Under the pieces are notes generated by a model. The model worked only from the letters and a program-made list of their open reading frames with translations. It made no database searches and had not been told where the DNA came from. From Mustelus asterias (taxonomy: Eukaryota), in contig NC_135803.1 of NCBI RefSeq assembly GCF_964213995.1, positions 92,628,001-92,692,000 of the forward strand: a stretch of 64,000 nt of DNA, written 5' to 3'. Made by a program: the position numbers and the translations under genes. Positions 50,305-62,228 of the stretch are shown here, piece after piece. Each line of letters starts with the position of its first letter. Position 1 is the first letter of the stretch.

Positions 50305-51022
50305 TCTTTTCCTGCAGTCAACTGCTGTGATGAAGTGACCTGCATCACTGTGTCTTTCCATTTGGTGTCAGTGTTGCAAATCACTCAGCTCTTTGGGAAA
50401 CACATTTCATCAGTACAGTGACCCATTTTGAAACTGGAACTAAATAACAGTCACTTGTGCAAATGTGGGTTAAGGAGATCCAGCATGGATTGTTTTTAAG
50501 GGCAAATTGTGTCCAAATAACTTGCTTGTGTTTTTGATGAGGTAACAGAGAGAGTTGATGAGGATAATGCTGTTGATGTGGCATACATGGACTTCCAAAA
50601 AGCTTTTGATAAAGTGCTGCACAACAGACGTATGATGGAAGCTGTAACTCGTGGAATATAAGCGACAGAAGCAACATGGATACAGAATTGGCTGGAAGCA
50701 GAGAGTAGTGGTTAATGGATGTTTTTCAGAATTGAGAAAAGTTTCTAGTGGAATCCTCAAGGGTCAGTGTTGGGATCCTTGACCTTCCTGATATATATAC
50801 AACATAATATAAATGTGTATATATATATATCTATAACAACCTCGACCTTGATATACAAGGCACAATTTCAAAATCTGCAGATGACACAAAACTTGGAAGT
50901 ATTGTGAACTGTGAGGAGGATGGTGTGAAACTTCTAAGGGGCATAGACAGGTTGGGTGAACAAATGGTTGATGAAATTTTAACACCAAAGTGTGAAGTGA
51001 TTCATTTTGTTAGGAAGAGCAT

Positions 51023-51222
51023 NNNNNNNNNNNNNNNNNNNNNNNNNNNNNNNNNNNNNNNNNNNNNNNNNNNNNNNNNNNNNNNNNNNNNNNNNNNNNN
51101 NNNNNNNNNNNNNNNNNNNNNNNNNNNNNNNNNNNNNNNNNNNNNNNNNNNNNNNNNNNNNNNNNNNNNNNNNNNNNNNNNNNNNNNNNNNNNNNNNNNN
51201 NNNNNNNNNNNNNNNNNNNNNN
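51023..51222. other. Assembly gap (200 N)
   Basis: Run of N. Confidence 1.
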
Positions 51223-51648
51223 GAGAGAGCGGTTCATAGATTATGTGAAATCCTGGTCATGGAATACAAAAGCAAGGACGCTATTTAAAACTGTATTAAA
51301 CACTGGTTCAGCCTCAACTGGAGCCTAGTCCAGTTCTGGATACTACACTTTAGGAAAGTTGCTAGGAAAAGCATTTGAGAGGATATAGAAAAAATTCATG
51401 AGAGTTATGTAGAAAGATTGGAGAAGCTAGGACTATTCTCCCTGGAGAAGTGAAGATTAATGAGATTTGATTGAGGTGTTCAAAATCGTGAGGGATTTGG
51501 GCAGAGCAGATAGGGAGAAACTGTTCCCATTGGTGGAAGGACTGAGAACCAGAAGGCACAGACTTGAACTAATTTGGCAAAAGAAGCAATGGCGACACGA
51601 TGAAAAAACTATGCATGCAGTGAGTAAGGTTCTGCAGGATCTGGAAAT

Positions 51649-51902
51649 CTGAGGTCACGTACCAACCGATTCAAGAACCGCTTCTTCCCTGCTGCCAACA
51701 GACTTTCGAATGAACCTACCTCGCATTAAGTTGATCTTTCTCTACACCCTAGTTTTGACTGTAACTCTTCAGTCTATATTCTCTCCTTTCCTTCTCCCCT
51801 ATGTACTCTACGAAAGGTACGTTTTGTCTGTATAGCGCGCAAGAAACAATACTTTTCACTGTATATCAATACATGTGACAATAATAAATCAATCAAATCA
51901 AA
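51649..51902 (+). mobile_element. Rex1/Babar 3' end inserted in CR1
   Basis: Reverse complement of 39345-39580; ends aataataaatcaatcaaatcaaa. Confidence 0.85.
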
Positions 51903-52233
51903 AGGAATGCACTGCCTGTGAGTGTGGTGGAGGCGGAAGATGAACATTTTGCAGGACCATGGGGAAAAGGGCAGGAGGAAAGACTCTGGAGGAATTGCTC
52001 TTGCAGAGAGCTGGTACAGACATGATGGGCTGAACAGTCGCCAGTCATGCGCTAACCATTTTATGATGCTATGATTTTGAAGGTGCACCATTAGCTCGAA
52101 GAAGGACTATAGCTGAGGCCAAGTCCAAACAGAAATAAATACTTAATATAAAATATGCAAACATGAGTATGTACTAGAATGCTACTTAAACAATTGTTTT
52201 TTTTACAGCTGCGTAAGATTCCATGCAATATTT

Positions 52234-53008
52234 TGATGAAGTCGGAAAATATACCTCTATAGGCTGGCATGAGTCAAAATACAGTCAGGCTTTATTCTCA
52301 CAAGCTTATGGGAGAACTTGACCCCTTGAAAGCGGAAGCCAAAGTTCTCTCTGAACACAAGAAGCGTGGATATTTATACATCAGGGTTCCCAATACAAGT
52401 CATGAAACAAAGTCCAGTTAACAGTCCTTGATCATAAATTATAGTTCCTTTAACAGCTTCTGATAGTCTCTGGATCATGGTTAGAGACCATCTGGTATCC
52501 TTGGGTCATAAAGCACAATTCTTCTGGTCGTTGCAGTCAAGGTGTCACCTCTGGTCCCCTGCTCTTCCCGCAGCGTTTCCTTTGAAGTGACTGAGTGACT
52601 GAGTGCAACTGTCCCAGTGGGAGTCCTCCTTCAAACGGCCATTCTCGCACTCTACCATTTGGTCGCTGCTTCCTCTGTTTAAATCATGGACAAGCCCACG
52701 GGAAAGAAAGACTAACATCTATATTCAACTGTCTGTTTTATCAGAATGATATAAACAAGCGAGGGAACCATGAACAAATGGCTTATACTAAAAGTAAAAG
52801 ATGAAACCAACAAATGGCTTGTGCTACCAAAAGTAAAAGATGAAAGACATGAACAAATGGCTTATGCTACTACCAGGAGCAATATAAACAAAAAGGAGGC
52901 TAGCCATAAGCAAGAGTTATGTTTGTGATACATTCCCGGTACAAAGTTCAACCTTTTAGGCACAAAATACATTGAGTACAAAAAAACATTAACCCTTTCC
53001 CTTCTTCA
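52234..53008 (-). mobile_element. Solo LTR, endogenous-retrovirus-like
   Basis: Minus strand TGAAGAAG...CTTCATCA inverted ends, U3-like direct repeats (52770-52870), TATAAA (52373-52378), then AATAAA (52290-52295). No TSD recognised. Confidence 0.6.
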
Positions 53009-53019
53009 TTGATATTTAT

Positions 53020-53385
53020 TAAAGATCTGTACTTGGGCAGACAGGTCATAGTTACAAAGTTTTCAGATGAAGCTCAGAAATGTAATGAACAGTGATAGTT
53101 ACAGACTTAAGGAGGACATAGACTGCTGAAGTGGGCAGACATGAGGAAAATTAAATTTAACAGCGACAAGTATTAACTGATGCACTCTGATAGGAAGAAT
53201 AAGGAGAAGCAACATAAACAAAATGGTTTAATTTTAAAAGGGGGAAAGAAGCAGATGCCTGGGATTGTACACACAAAAACTTTGAAGATGGAAGGGCAAG
53301 TCGCAAAGGCTTTGAAGAAAGCGCATGGCATCCTTAGCTTTATAAACAGAGGCACAGGGTAAAAGCAAGGAAGTTATAAAGTAAA
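53020..53385 (+). mobile_element. Degenerate CR1 fragment
   Basis: KKAHGILSFINRG motif. Confidence 0.7.
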
Positions 53386-53389
53386 CCTT

Positions 53390-54340
53390 GCAGGAGTAGA
53401 CCACTTGGCCCACTGAACCTGCTTCATCATTAAATATGATCATAATTGATCTTGGGCTTTAACTCCACTTTCCCACCCACTCCCATCTCCCCTAATTTCC
53501 CTGTGAGACCAAAAATCTGTCTATCCCAGCTTCAATGATGGAGCATCCGCAACCCTCTGAGGTAGAAAATTCCAAAGATTCACAACCATTTGGGTAAAGA
53601 TAATACTCCTCATCTCAGTCCCAAATGATTAGCTCCTTATCCTGAAACTGTGTCTTTGTATTCTAGATTTCCCAGCTGGGGTAAACAGTATCTCTCAGTA
53701 TCTGCCCTGTCATGCCCCTGCAGAATTTGTATGTTTCATTAAGATCACTTCTCATTCTTCTAAACTCCAGAGAATATCAGGGCTATTTTTACTTAGCCCC
53801 TCGTCTTAGGACAACCTATGGCGGCACAGTGGTTAGCCTCTCAGCGCCAGGGACCCAGGTTCAATTCCGGCCTTGGGTGACCATGTGGAGTTTGCACGTT
53901 CTCCCCATGTCTGCGTGGGTTTCCTCTGGGCGCTCTGGTTTCCTCCCACGCTCCAATGATGTGTGGGTTAGGTGGATTGGCCATGTTAAATTACCCCTTA
54001 ATGTTAGGATTAGCAGTGTAAATACTTGGGAATACAGGGGTAGGGCCTGGGTGGTATTGTTGTCGGTGTAGGCTCGAAGGGCCAAATGGCTTCCTTCTGC
54101 ACCGTAGGGATTCTATGATTCTATGAACGTTGTCATCCCAGGGACGCATTTATTGAACCCAGTCAAACTTCTTCATAATTTTACAGACCTGAAGTACTTC
54201 ACTCTTCATGTTTCTCTTTTCTAGGAAGAATAACGCCAGTCTGCCCGTAAATCCTTTTCAATTTTTCCCAGTTTTTCCATATCCTTTTTTGTAACATGGA
54301 GTTCGGAGTATGTGCTCTCTGTGCTCTAAGGCAATTGGGA
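53390..54340 (-). mobile_element. Degenerate CR1 3' end containing a SINE
   Basis: Homologous to 37105-37225 and 38045-38340. Confidence 0.75.
53819..54125 (+). mobile_element. HE1-type V-SINE
   Basis: Head, V-domain and tail. Confidence 0.92.
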
Positions 54341-55229
54341 TGTGGGTGCTGAATGTAAAAGTTATAAAGGTTAAGTCGGCTGATGTCTGCTCATAGTTTA
54401 TTGGATGATTAATACAGTCTATATTCCAAACCTGATCATCATTAATATGGATGCTTCCCTCTATTCTCAGATGCAAATGCTGGAGGAACTTAAATGGAGA
54501 AGAGATGGAATGCTATTTGATAATGTTATTTGTGGAGACACTGTATTCCCTGCCTTGATTATGCTAAGGCTCCTGATTGAGACCCTTAAGAATAATTGTA
54601 TCAGGTCAAGAAAAATGAGTGCTGAAATTTCCAGTGAACAGCAAGGCTGTTGAGGGCGCTGGTAAAGACAGCTTTTTTCACATGTTAGCCACAGGCCATA
54701 TTGTCTGTGTGGGTAGAATGAAGCCCCTGTTGTACACATCAGAGGTGAGAAGGGTAGGAAATTATCTCTTTTTAATGAACAATAAGTTTAATTGCATTGG
54801 GCAGTCAGTGGGGGAGAGATTGGATTTTATCTTTCATCAGATTTACGTTTTGCTTTTGGCCCAGCCTATTCGTTGCTATCCTTTATTTTGTCCAGTGTGA
54901 ATCCATCGTTACTGCCCAAAACTGTCCAGCTTTAATGTCAGTAGTGTTTCCTTTGAGTGATCAGCCATCAATCCCCGACCAAATCCTTCCCAATGTCTCT
55001 TCGCATGCTAATACCCCATTCAAGTTTGTTCAAAAGACCCTGAAGCAAAGCCCAGGTCTACACAATATTGTTAAAATGGTGACCTACCATGGTCAGGTTC
55101 GCAACAATGCTGCCACTTGTTTTCAACAATACTCGAGCAGTCCGTTCCCTACAGGGTGACAAGTGATCAGGCTCCATTGATGTTGAGGCAGGGGTCCACC
55201 AGCATTTACTCACATATATAATGCTATCA

Positions 55230-55610
55230 ATGACAACTTGCATTGATACAGCATTTGAGATGTGTATATAATCAGACATAAACTTTGCCTGTGATGATGA
55301 TGAAGATGAAGGCGAGATTAGGACAAGTGATCAAAAGCTTGGTTAAAGAGGTAGTCACTAAGAAGCATCTTAAAGTGGAGCGGGGAGAGATATATAGACA
55401 GAGAGGTTTATGGAGGGTATTTCAGAACTTAGGGCTGGGTAGCTGATGAAATGGCCAACAATAGTGCAGTGAAGAAAGTCAGGCATACACAAGAGAATTG
55501 GAAGAATGTAGAGATCTCAGCGGATCGCTGGGCTTCAGATTTCAGAGATGGGGATGTGCGAGTCAATGGAAGAATTCGAAAAAAGGGATGAGAATTTTAA
55601 ATTTGAGATG
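55230..55610 (-). mobile_element. L2-clade LINE 3' end
   Basis: acaacttgcattgatacagca tail; homologous to 11110-11205 and 11590-11830. Confidence 0.65.
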
Positions 55611-56546
55611 CTGGAGTATATTATAAAAGACATGATAAAAGAACATTTGGAAAGCATTAATGGAATTGGACAACAAAACTCCAGTACATTTGTTAAACCC
55701 ATTATGAAAGGCAAATCATGCTTAACAAATGTACTGGAGTGTCTTGAGGATGGAACCAGTAGAATAGATAAAGGAGAATCAGTGGATGTGGTGCATTTGG
55801 ACTTTCAGAAGGCTTTTCGTAAGATCATTCATAGGGACTGCCAAGCAGAAAGAGCATTATTTAAATGGAGATGTATTGGAAAGTGTGGATGTACGAAGGG
55901 ATCTGGGTGTTCTTATACACCCAGTCAATGAAAGTGGAGAGGCAGATGCACAAGTACCTGGGAAGTCAGATGGTATGTTGGCCTTCATTGCAAGAGGATT
56001 TGAGTTCAGAAGTAGGGATGTCTTACTGCAGTTATACAGGGCCTTGGGAGACCACACCTGGAGTATCGCGTGCAGTTTTTGTCTCCTTACCTAAGAAAGG
56101 ATATACTTATCATAAAGGGAGTGCAGCGAAGGTTCACTAGGCTGATACTGGAGTTGGCGGGACTGTCCTATGAGGAGAGATTGGTTCGACTGGGCCTGTA
56201 TTCACTGGAATTTAGAAAGATAAGAGGAGATTTGATTGGGACATATAAAATTCTGAAAGGGGCGGACAGACTAAATGCAGGGAGGATGTTTTCCTTGGTT
56301 GGGGAATCTAAAACCAGGGGACACAGTTTCAGGATACGGGCAGACCATTTATGGCTGAGATAAGGAAAAAATTCTTCATTCAAAAGGTAGTGAACCTGTG
56401 GAATTCTCTACCACAGAAGGCTGTGAAGGCCAAGTCACTGAATGTATTCAAGAAAGAGATAGATTTGTTTTAGATTTTAATGGTATCATGAGTACAGGAA
56501 GAGTGCGGGTGTGCGGTGTGGCGATAAAAGATCAGCCATGGTCATT
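55611..56546 (+). mobile_element. Degenerate, internally deleted CR1
   Basis: KGKSCLTN, LDFQKAF, QRRFTRLI and KTRGHS motifs. Confidence 0.88.
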
Positions 56547-57130
56547 TTGATTTGATTTGATTTGATTTATTATTGTCACATGTATTAGCATACAGTGAAA
56601 AGTATTGTTTCTTGCGTGCTATACAGACAAAGCATACTGTTCATAGAGAAGGAAATGAGAGTCTGCAGAATGTAGTGTTACAGTCATAGCTAGGGTGTAG
56701 AGAAAGATCAACTTAATGTGAGATAGGTCCATTCAAAAGTCTGATGGTAGCAAGGAAGAAGCTGTTCTTGAGTCAGTTGGTAAATGTCCTCAGACTTTTG
56801 TGTCTTTTTCCTGACGGAAGAAGGTGGAAAAGAGTATGTGTGGGGTGCGTGGGGTCCTTGATTATGCTGGCTGCTTTTCTGAGGCAGCGGGAATTGTAGA
56901 CTGAGTCAATGGATGGGAGGCTGGTTTGAGTGATGGACTGGACTTCGTTCACAACCCTTTGTGGTTTGTTGCGGTCTTGGACAGACCAGGAGTCATACCA
57001 AGCTGTGATAAAACCAGAAATAATGCTTTCTATGGTGCATCTATAAAAGTTGGTGAGAGCCGTAGCGGACACGCCAAATTTCCTTAGTCTCCTGAGAAAG
57101 TAGAGGCATTGGTGAGCTTTATTAACTATA
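56547..57130 (-). mobile_element. Rex1/Babar-clade LINE 3' fragment
   Basis: LTNFYRCTIESIISGFITAWY..IIKDPTHP..LPSGKR, with a (TTTGA)n tail on the plus strand. Confidence 0.88.
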
Positions 57131-57159
57131 TTGTGTCAGTCTCTTGTCCCTGATTTCAT

Positions 57160-57679
57160 CATCAGGTGAGTGGGAGTTCTGTTCACAAACCGGGCATATA
57201 AAGACACAAACTCAATTTACAAAATAATGGTTGGAATGCGAGTCTTTACAGGTAATCAAGTCTTAAAGGGACTGTGTTATAGGTTGACCTGAGTGGGTTC
57301 GTGATCTGTCATCCTCCAAGTGGAGAGGATCTCCAAGAAGATCACGCATATCGACACAGACATCAAGTTTCTACAAAGATGCAAGAAAGCAGACAAGATA
57401 CCGAAAGGACTACAGATCACGAACCCACTCAGGTCAACCTATAACACAGACCCTTTAAGACTTGATTACCTGTAAAGACTCGCATTCTAACCATTATTTT
57501 GTCAGTTGAGTTTGTGTCTTTTATGCCCTGTTTGTGAACTGAACTCCCACTTACCTGATGAAGGGGCAGCGCTCCGAAAGCTAGTGGCTTGTGCTACCAA
57601 ATAAACCTGTTGGATTTTAACCTGGTGTTGTGAGACTTCTTACTGTGCTTACCCCAGTCCAACGCCGGCATCTCTACAT
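57160..57679 (+). mobile_element. Fold-back Penelope-like family A copy, internally deleted (ORF N-terminal piece fused to 3' end)
   Basis: Arms 57160-57309 / 57412-57560. 57311-57451 encodes ILQVERISKKITHIDTDIKFLQRCKKADKIPKGLQITNPLRSTYNTD. TSD cctgatttcat (57149-57159) / cctgacttcat (57680-57690). Confidence 0.88.
57551..57587 (+). ncRNA. Minimal type I hammerhead ribozyme motif (best-preserved copy)
   Basis: uuac-CUGAUGA-A-GGGGC-agc-GCUCC-GAA-AGCU-A-gugg: intact core, 5-bp helix II, palindromic AGCU helix III and short helix I. Predicted cleavage after CUA (57583). Confidence 0.75.
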
Positions 57680-58479
57680 CCTGACTTCATGGGTCAGGAG
57701 TGTCGCTTTTAAATCACTTCCATTTTTATCTAAAACACTGGTGGAGCTTCAAAATCTCCATGTTACAGAAGGTACTGTTCACTGTGGAAAAGGAAATGAT
57801 TGAGAGATTCCATCGAGTATCCAGACATCAGCTCAATAACATTTAGAAACAACACTGCAGTGGTCTGGGGTATTATGGAATGATCAGCAAGGTTAAATCC
57901 TGGTTTGTTCTGGTTGCGTGTGTTTAGGCGCTCAGACGGTTGGCAGTGCAATATGTGCACTGAGAGCTGCAGCAGAAACTCTTGTGATTTGGACATTTAC
58001 ATTTCTGAATATACGATTGAAGACTACAGGAACTGAAAATATCATTTTGCCATCATTGTATGGCTCTGTGTTCTAACCAAATAATGTGAAGTCAACTTGC
58101 CCAATCTCGACTGAGAAACATCCAAAGATTCTCTCCACTGACTAACATTCCGAGCATTTGCAGTAAACACTGAAACTTAACACAGAAAGGGACAATCCCT
58201 ATCAGAGATGATCCCAAATCGTCTTCACCAATAAATATTCAAATCATTGCAAGGCTTGACAGCATTGACCCTCCTTGCAAACCTGAATTACTTTTCCTCA
58301 CATGACTGGTGACCTTGAAATATCTTGGACAATTTGCTCTCAGCAGAAGCTCTCAGCTGCTGTGTCCTCAGGAACTTTATTGCCTCTGAGGCAGGTGGAG
58401 CAACAGTTAATTCTCTTCATAACACTCACCAACATGATTAATATTCCTGGTGCCAAATCAATAGCAACCCCAGAGCTTG

Positions 58480-58647
58480 TAAAAGCAAAATACTGCAGAT
58501 GCTGGAATATGAAACAAAAACAGAAAATGCTGGAAAATCTCAGCAGATCTGACAGTATCAGCGGAGACAGAATAGAGCCAACCTTTCACGTCTAGATGAT
58601 CCTTCGTCAGAGCAGCTGAGATTTTCCAGCATTTTCTGTTTTTGTCT
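58480..58647. mobile_element. Fold-back Penelope-like element, family B (hammerhead motif on minus strand 58577-58613)
   Basis: Inverted acaaaaacagaaaatgctggaaaatctcagc / gctgagattttccagcattttctgtttttgt. Minus strand reads gct-CTGACGA-aggatcatctagacgt-GAAA-ggttggc. Confidence 0.78.
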
Positions 58648-58774
58648 CTCCTATGTAAACTGGGCTGGTTACCATGCTATCAGGATCAATTTTCACAGAG
58701 GAATTGCTGCTTCAGTGTCCCTCTCACAGAAAGAGCTTCACTATTGGGACCTTTTCATAGAGCAAGAGGCAAGT

Positions 58775-59277
58775 TGTGATTGGAGGGGATACAGTGTGTG
58801 TGTGAGGGTGGGGAGTTGGATAGGGTACAGTGTGTATGTGAGGATGAGGATTGGATGGGGTACAGTGTGTGACAGTCAGCGTGTGGGGGTTGTGTGGAGT
58901 TGGATGGGGTGCAGTGTGTGTGTGAGAGGGTGGGGAGTTGGATGGGGTACTTTATGTGTATGTGAGGTGGGGAGTTGGCTGGGGTACAGTGTGTGTGTGA
59001 GGTGGGGAGTTAGATGGAGTTGCGTGTGTGTGTGAGAGGGTGGGGAGTTAGATGGGGTACGGTGTGTGTGGGGCGGGAGGGTGTTGATTGGGGTACAATG
59101 TATGTGTGAGAGGGGGGATTGGATGGGGTACAGTGTGTGTGAGAGGGTGGGTAGTTGGATGGGATGCAGTGTGTGAGAGGGTGACAGGTTGGATAGGGTA
59201 CAGTGTGTGTATGAGGTTAGGGAGTTAGAAAGGGTACAGTGTGTGTGAGAGGGTGGGGAGTTGGATGGGATGCAGTG
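58775..59277. repeat. Degenerate ~38-40 bp G/T-rich minisatellite
   Basis: Consensus gtgtgtgtgagagggtggggagttggatggggtaca, about 13 units. Confidence 0.92.
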
Positions 59278-59394
59278 CCCTGGGATCAATTAACCACTCC
59301 CCTCAGTATCGCCTTGCTGAATAAGATTAGATTCTACCCACTTGCTGACTTCCCCTTCCCTCCTCGTCGCAAGGTCAGTGGATCAATTATTACT

Positions 59395-59712
59395 AGAGTT
59401 CAGTACGAAATCGAGGCTGACCTTTTACTGAGTGCTGCACTGTCAGAAATGTGTTAGAATGGGATGTTCAGTGAAGACCCATCTCTCTTTGCAACTGGAT
59501 GTAAAAGTTTCCATGGCACCTTTTTGAAGAGCTGTGTCTTTCTCAGCAGTTATCCCTCAAACCACTACAAAATCAATTATCTGGTCATTATCACATTGCT
59601 CTCTGTGGTTCCTTGATGTAGGTAAATTTACTGCTGCGTTTCCTACTTTACAACAGTGATTACACTTATTGACAGTACAATGCTTTAGAATATCCTGAGG
59701 TTATGAAAGGCA
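59395..59712 (+). mobile_element. DeuSINE-like element with L2-type tail
   Basis: ctggatgtaaaagtttccatggcacc..ttatccctcaa..attatctggtcattatcacattgct..gtttcctactttacaacagtga..tcctgaggttatgaaaggca. Confidence 0.65.
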
Positions 59713-62228
59713 CCGGGTGGAATTATCCCCCCAAAAATTCTAAGTGCCGAATTTGCATAAAAACTGGAGAAAATCCCGCTGGTTTTTCTGAGCGGGATTT
59801 TCAAAATGGCCGGGTCATCAAAGTTGTATTGGGGGAACATGTGGTGAACAGTGGCCACAATTCCGTAAGGTTTCGGATACTGATGGAATAGGACGAGTGT
59901 TGTCGTAGGATTAAAGTGCTAAATTGGGGGAAGGCTAACTACAACCAGATTAGGCAGGATTTGGAGGCTCTTGTTTGGGAGAAGCTGTTTGAGGGGAAAT
60001 CCACATTTGGCATGTGAGAGTCTTTTAAGGAGCAGTTGATCGGAGTGCAGGACAGGTATGTGCCTATGAAAAGGAAGGACAGGAAAGGCAGGCTTCAGGA
60101 ACCGTAGATGACTAGGAATATTGTGAGTTTAGTCAGACAAAAAAAGGATGCATACATGAGGTTTAGGCAATTAAAAACAGATGAAGCATTTGAAGAATAC
60201 AGGGAAAGTAGAAAAGAGCTCAAACATGGAGTTAGGAGGGCAAAAGGAGGTCATGAAATGTCCTTTGCAGACAGGATTAAGGAGAATCCCAAGACATTTT
60301 ATACATATATTAGGAACAAGAGAGTAGCTAGAAAAAGAGTTGGTCAACTTAAGAACAAAGAAGGGTACTTATGTGTAGAGCCAAAGGAAATGGGTGAGAT
60401 CCTTAATGAGTAATTTGCATCAGTATTCACAAAGGAGAGGTACATGCCAATTGATGGTGTCTCAGAGGGGTGTGTAAACCCTTTAGAACAAGTCATCATT
60501 ACGAGGGACGAAGTGTTAGGTGAATTAAAAAGCATTAAGGTAGACAAATTCCCAGGGCCAGATGGCATCTATCCCAGATTACTGAGGGAGACGAGAGATG
60601 AAATTGCTGGGCCTCTAACAGAAATCTTTGTTTCTTCGTTGGCCACTGGTGAGGTCCCAGAGGATTGGAGGATAGCCAATGTTGTCCCGTTATTTAAGAA
60701 GGATAGCAAGGATAACCCGGGTAATTATAGGCCAGTGAGCTTGACGTCAGTGATAGTGAAATTGTTGGAGAAGATTTTTAGGAATAGGATCTATACACAT
60801 TTGGAACAGAATGGTCTTGTTAGCAACATACAGCATGAATTTGTACGAGGAAAGTCATGTCTCATTTAATTTAATTGAGTTTTTTGAGGAGGTGACAAAA
60901 ATGATTGACGAGAGAAGGGCTGTGGATGTGGTCTACATGGACTTTAGTAAAGCATTTGACAAAGTCCCTCATGGCAGGCTGGTGCAAAAGATTAAATCAC
61001 ATGGTATCGGGTGAACTAGATAGATGGATTCAGAACTGGTTTGGCCGTAGAAGATAGAGGGTAACGGTGGAAGGGTGTTTTTCTGAATGGAGGTCTGTAA
61101 CTAGTGGTGTTCCGCAGGGATTAGTGCTGCTGTATTACAAGCAACACCTCTGTTGTTTGTAATATATATAAATGACTTGGAAGAAAACGTAGCTGGTCTA
61201 ATTAGCAAGTTTGCAGATGATACTCAGAATGGTGGAGTTGTGGATAGTGATGAAGATTGTCAGAGAATACAGCAGGATATAGGTAGGCTGGAAAATTGAG
61301 TGGAGAAATGGCAGATGGAATTTAATCTGGACAAATGCGAGGTGATGCATTTTAGTAGATCCAATTCAGGTGGGAGCTACAAAATAAATGGCAGAACCAT
61401 CAAGAGCATAGCCACATGGAGTACAGGTCCACAGATCCTTAAAAGTGGCAGCACAGGTGGAAAAGGTGGGAATAAAACATATGTTTGCCTTCATCAGACG
61501 TGGCATCAAGTATAAAAGTTGGCAAATTATGTTACAGTTATATAAAACGTTGGTTAGGCCACATTTGGAATACTGCGTCCAATTCTGGTCATCGCACTAC
61601 CAGAAGGATGTAGAGGCTTTGGAGAGAGTGCAGAAAAGGTTTACCAGGATGTTGCCTGGTATGGAGGGTATTAGCTACGAGGAGACATTGAATAAACTGG
61701 GATTGTTCTCCCTGGAAAGACGGAGGCTGAGGGGGCGACCTGATAGAAGTTTATAAAATTATGAGGGGTATAATAACAGGTGAACAGTTGGAATATTTTT
61801 CCCAGGGCAGAAATGACAATTACAAGAGGGCACAAGTTTAAGGTGAGGGGGGAAAGGTTCAGTGGAGATGTGCGGGGGACGTTTTTTTATGATGTGGAGA
61901 TGCTGGCGTTGGACTGGGGTAAACACAGTAAGAAGTCTCACAACACCAGGTTAAAGTCCAACAGGTTTATTTGGTAGCAAAAGCCACTAGCTTTCGGAGC
62001 GCTGCTCATTCGTCAGGTAAGTGGGAGTTCTGTTCACAAACAGGGCATATAAAGACACAAACTCAATTTACAAAATAATGGTTGGAATGCGAGTCTTTAC
62101 AGGTAATCAAGTCTTAAAGGTACAGACAATGTGAGTGGAGAGAGGGTTAAGCATAGGTTAAAGAGATGTGTATTGTCTCCAGCCGGGACACTTAGTGAGA
62201 TTTTGCAAGCCCAGGCAAGTCGTGGGGG

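Larger units (their letters stand above)
50490..52078 (+). mobile_element. Degenerate CR1 RT region spanning the assembly gap
   Basis: atggacttccaaaaagcttttgataaagtg (DFQKAFDKV) and gcagatgacacaaaacttgga (ADDTKLG). Confidence 0.85.

Noticed and set aside
50904-51288. ORFs spanning 51023-51222
   Set aside because: Artefacts of the N gap.
54453-54610. Possible coding exon after cttccctctattctcag
   Set aside because: No recognisable protein similarity and only a weak donor (gtcaag).
58876-59289. 137-aa His/Thr/Pro-rich ORF
   Set aside because: Translation of a GT-rich minisatellite.
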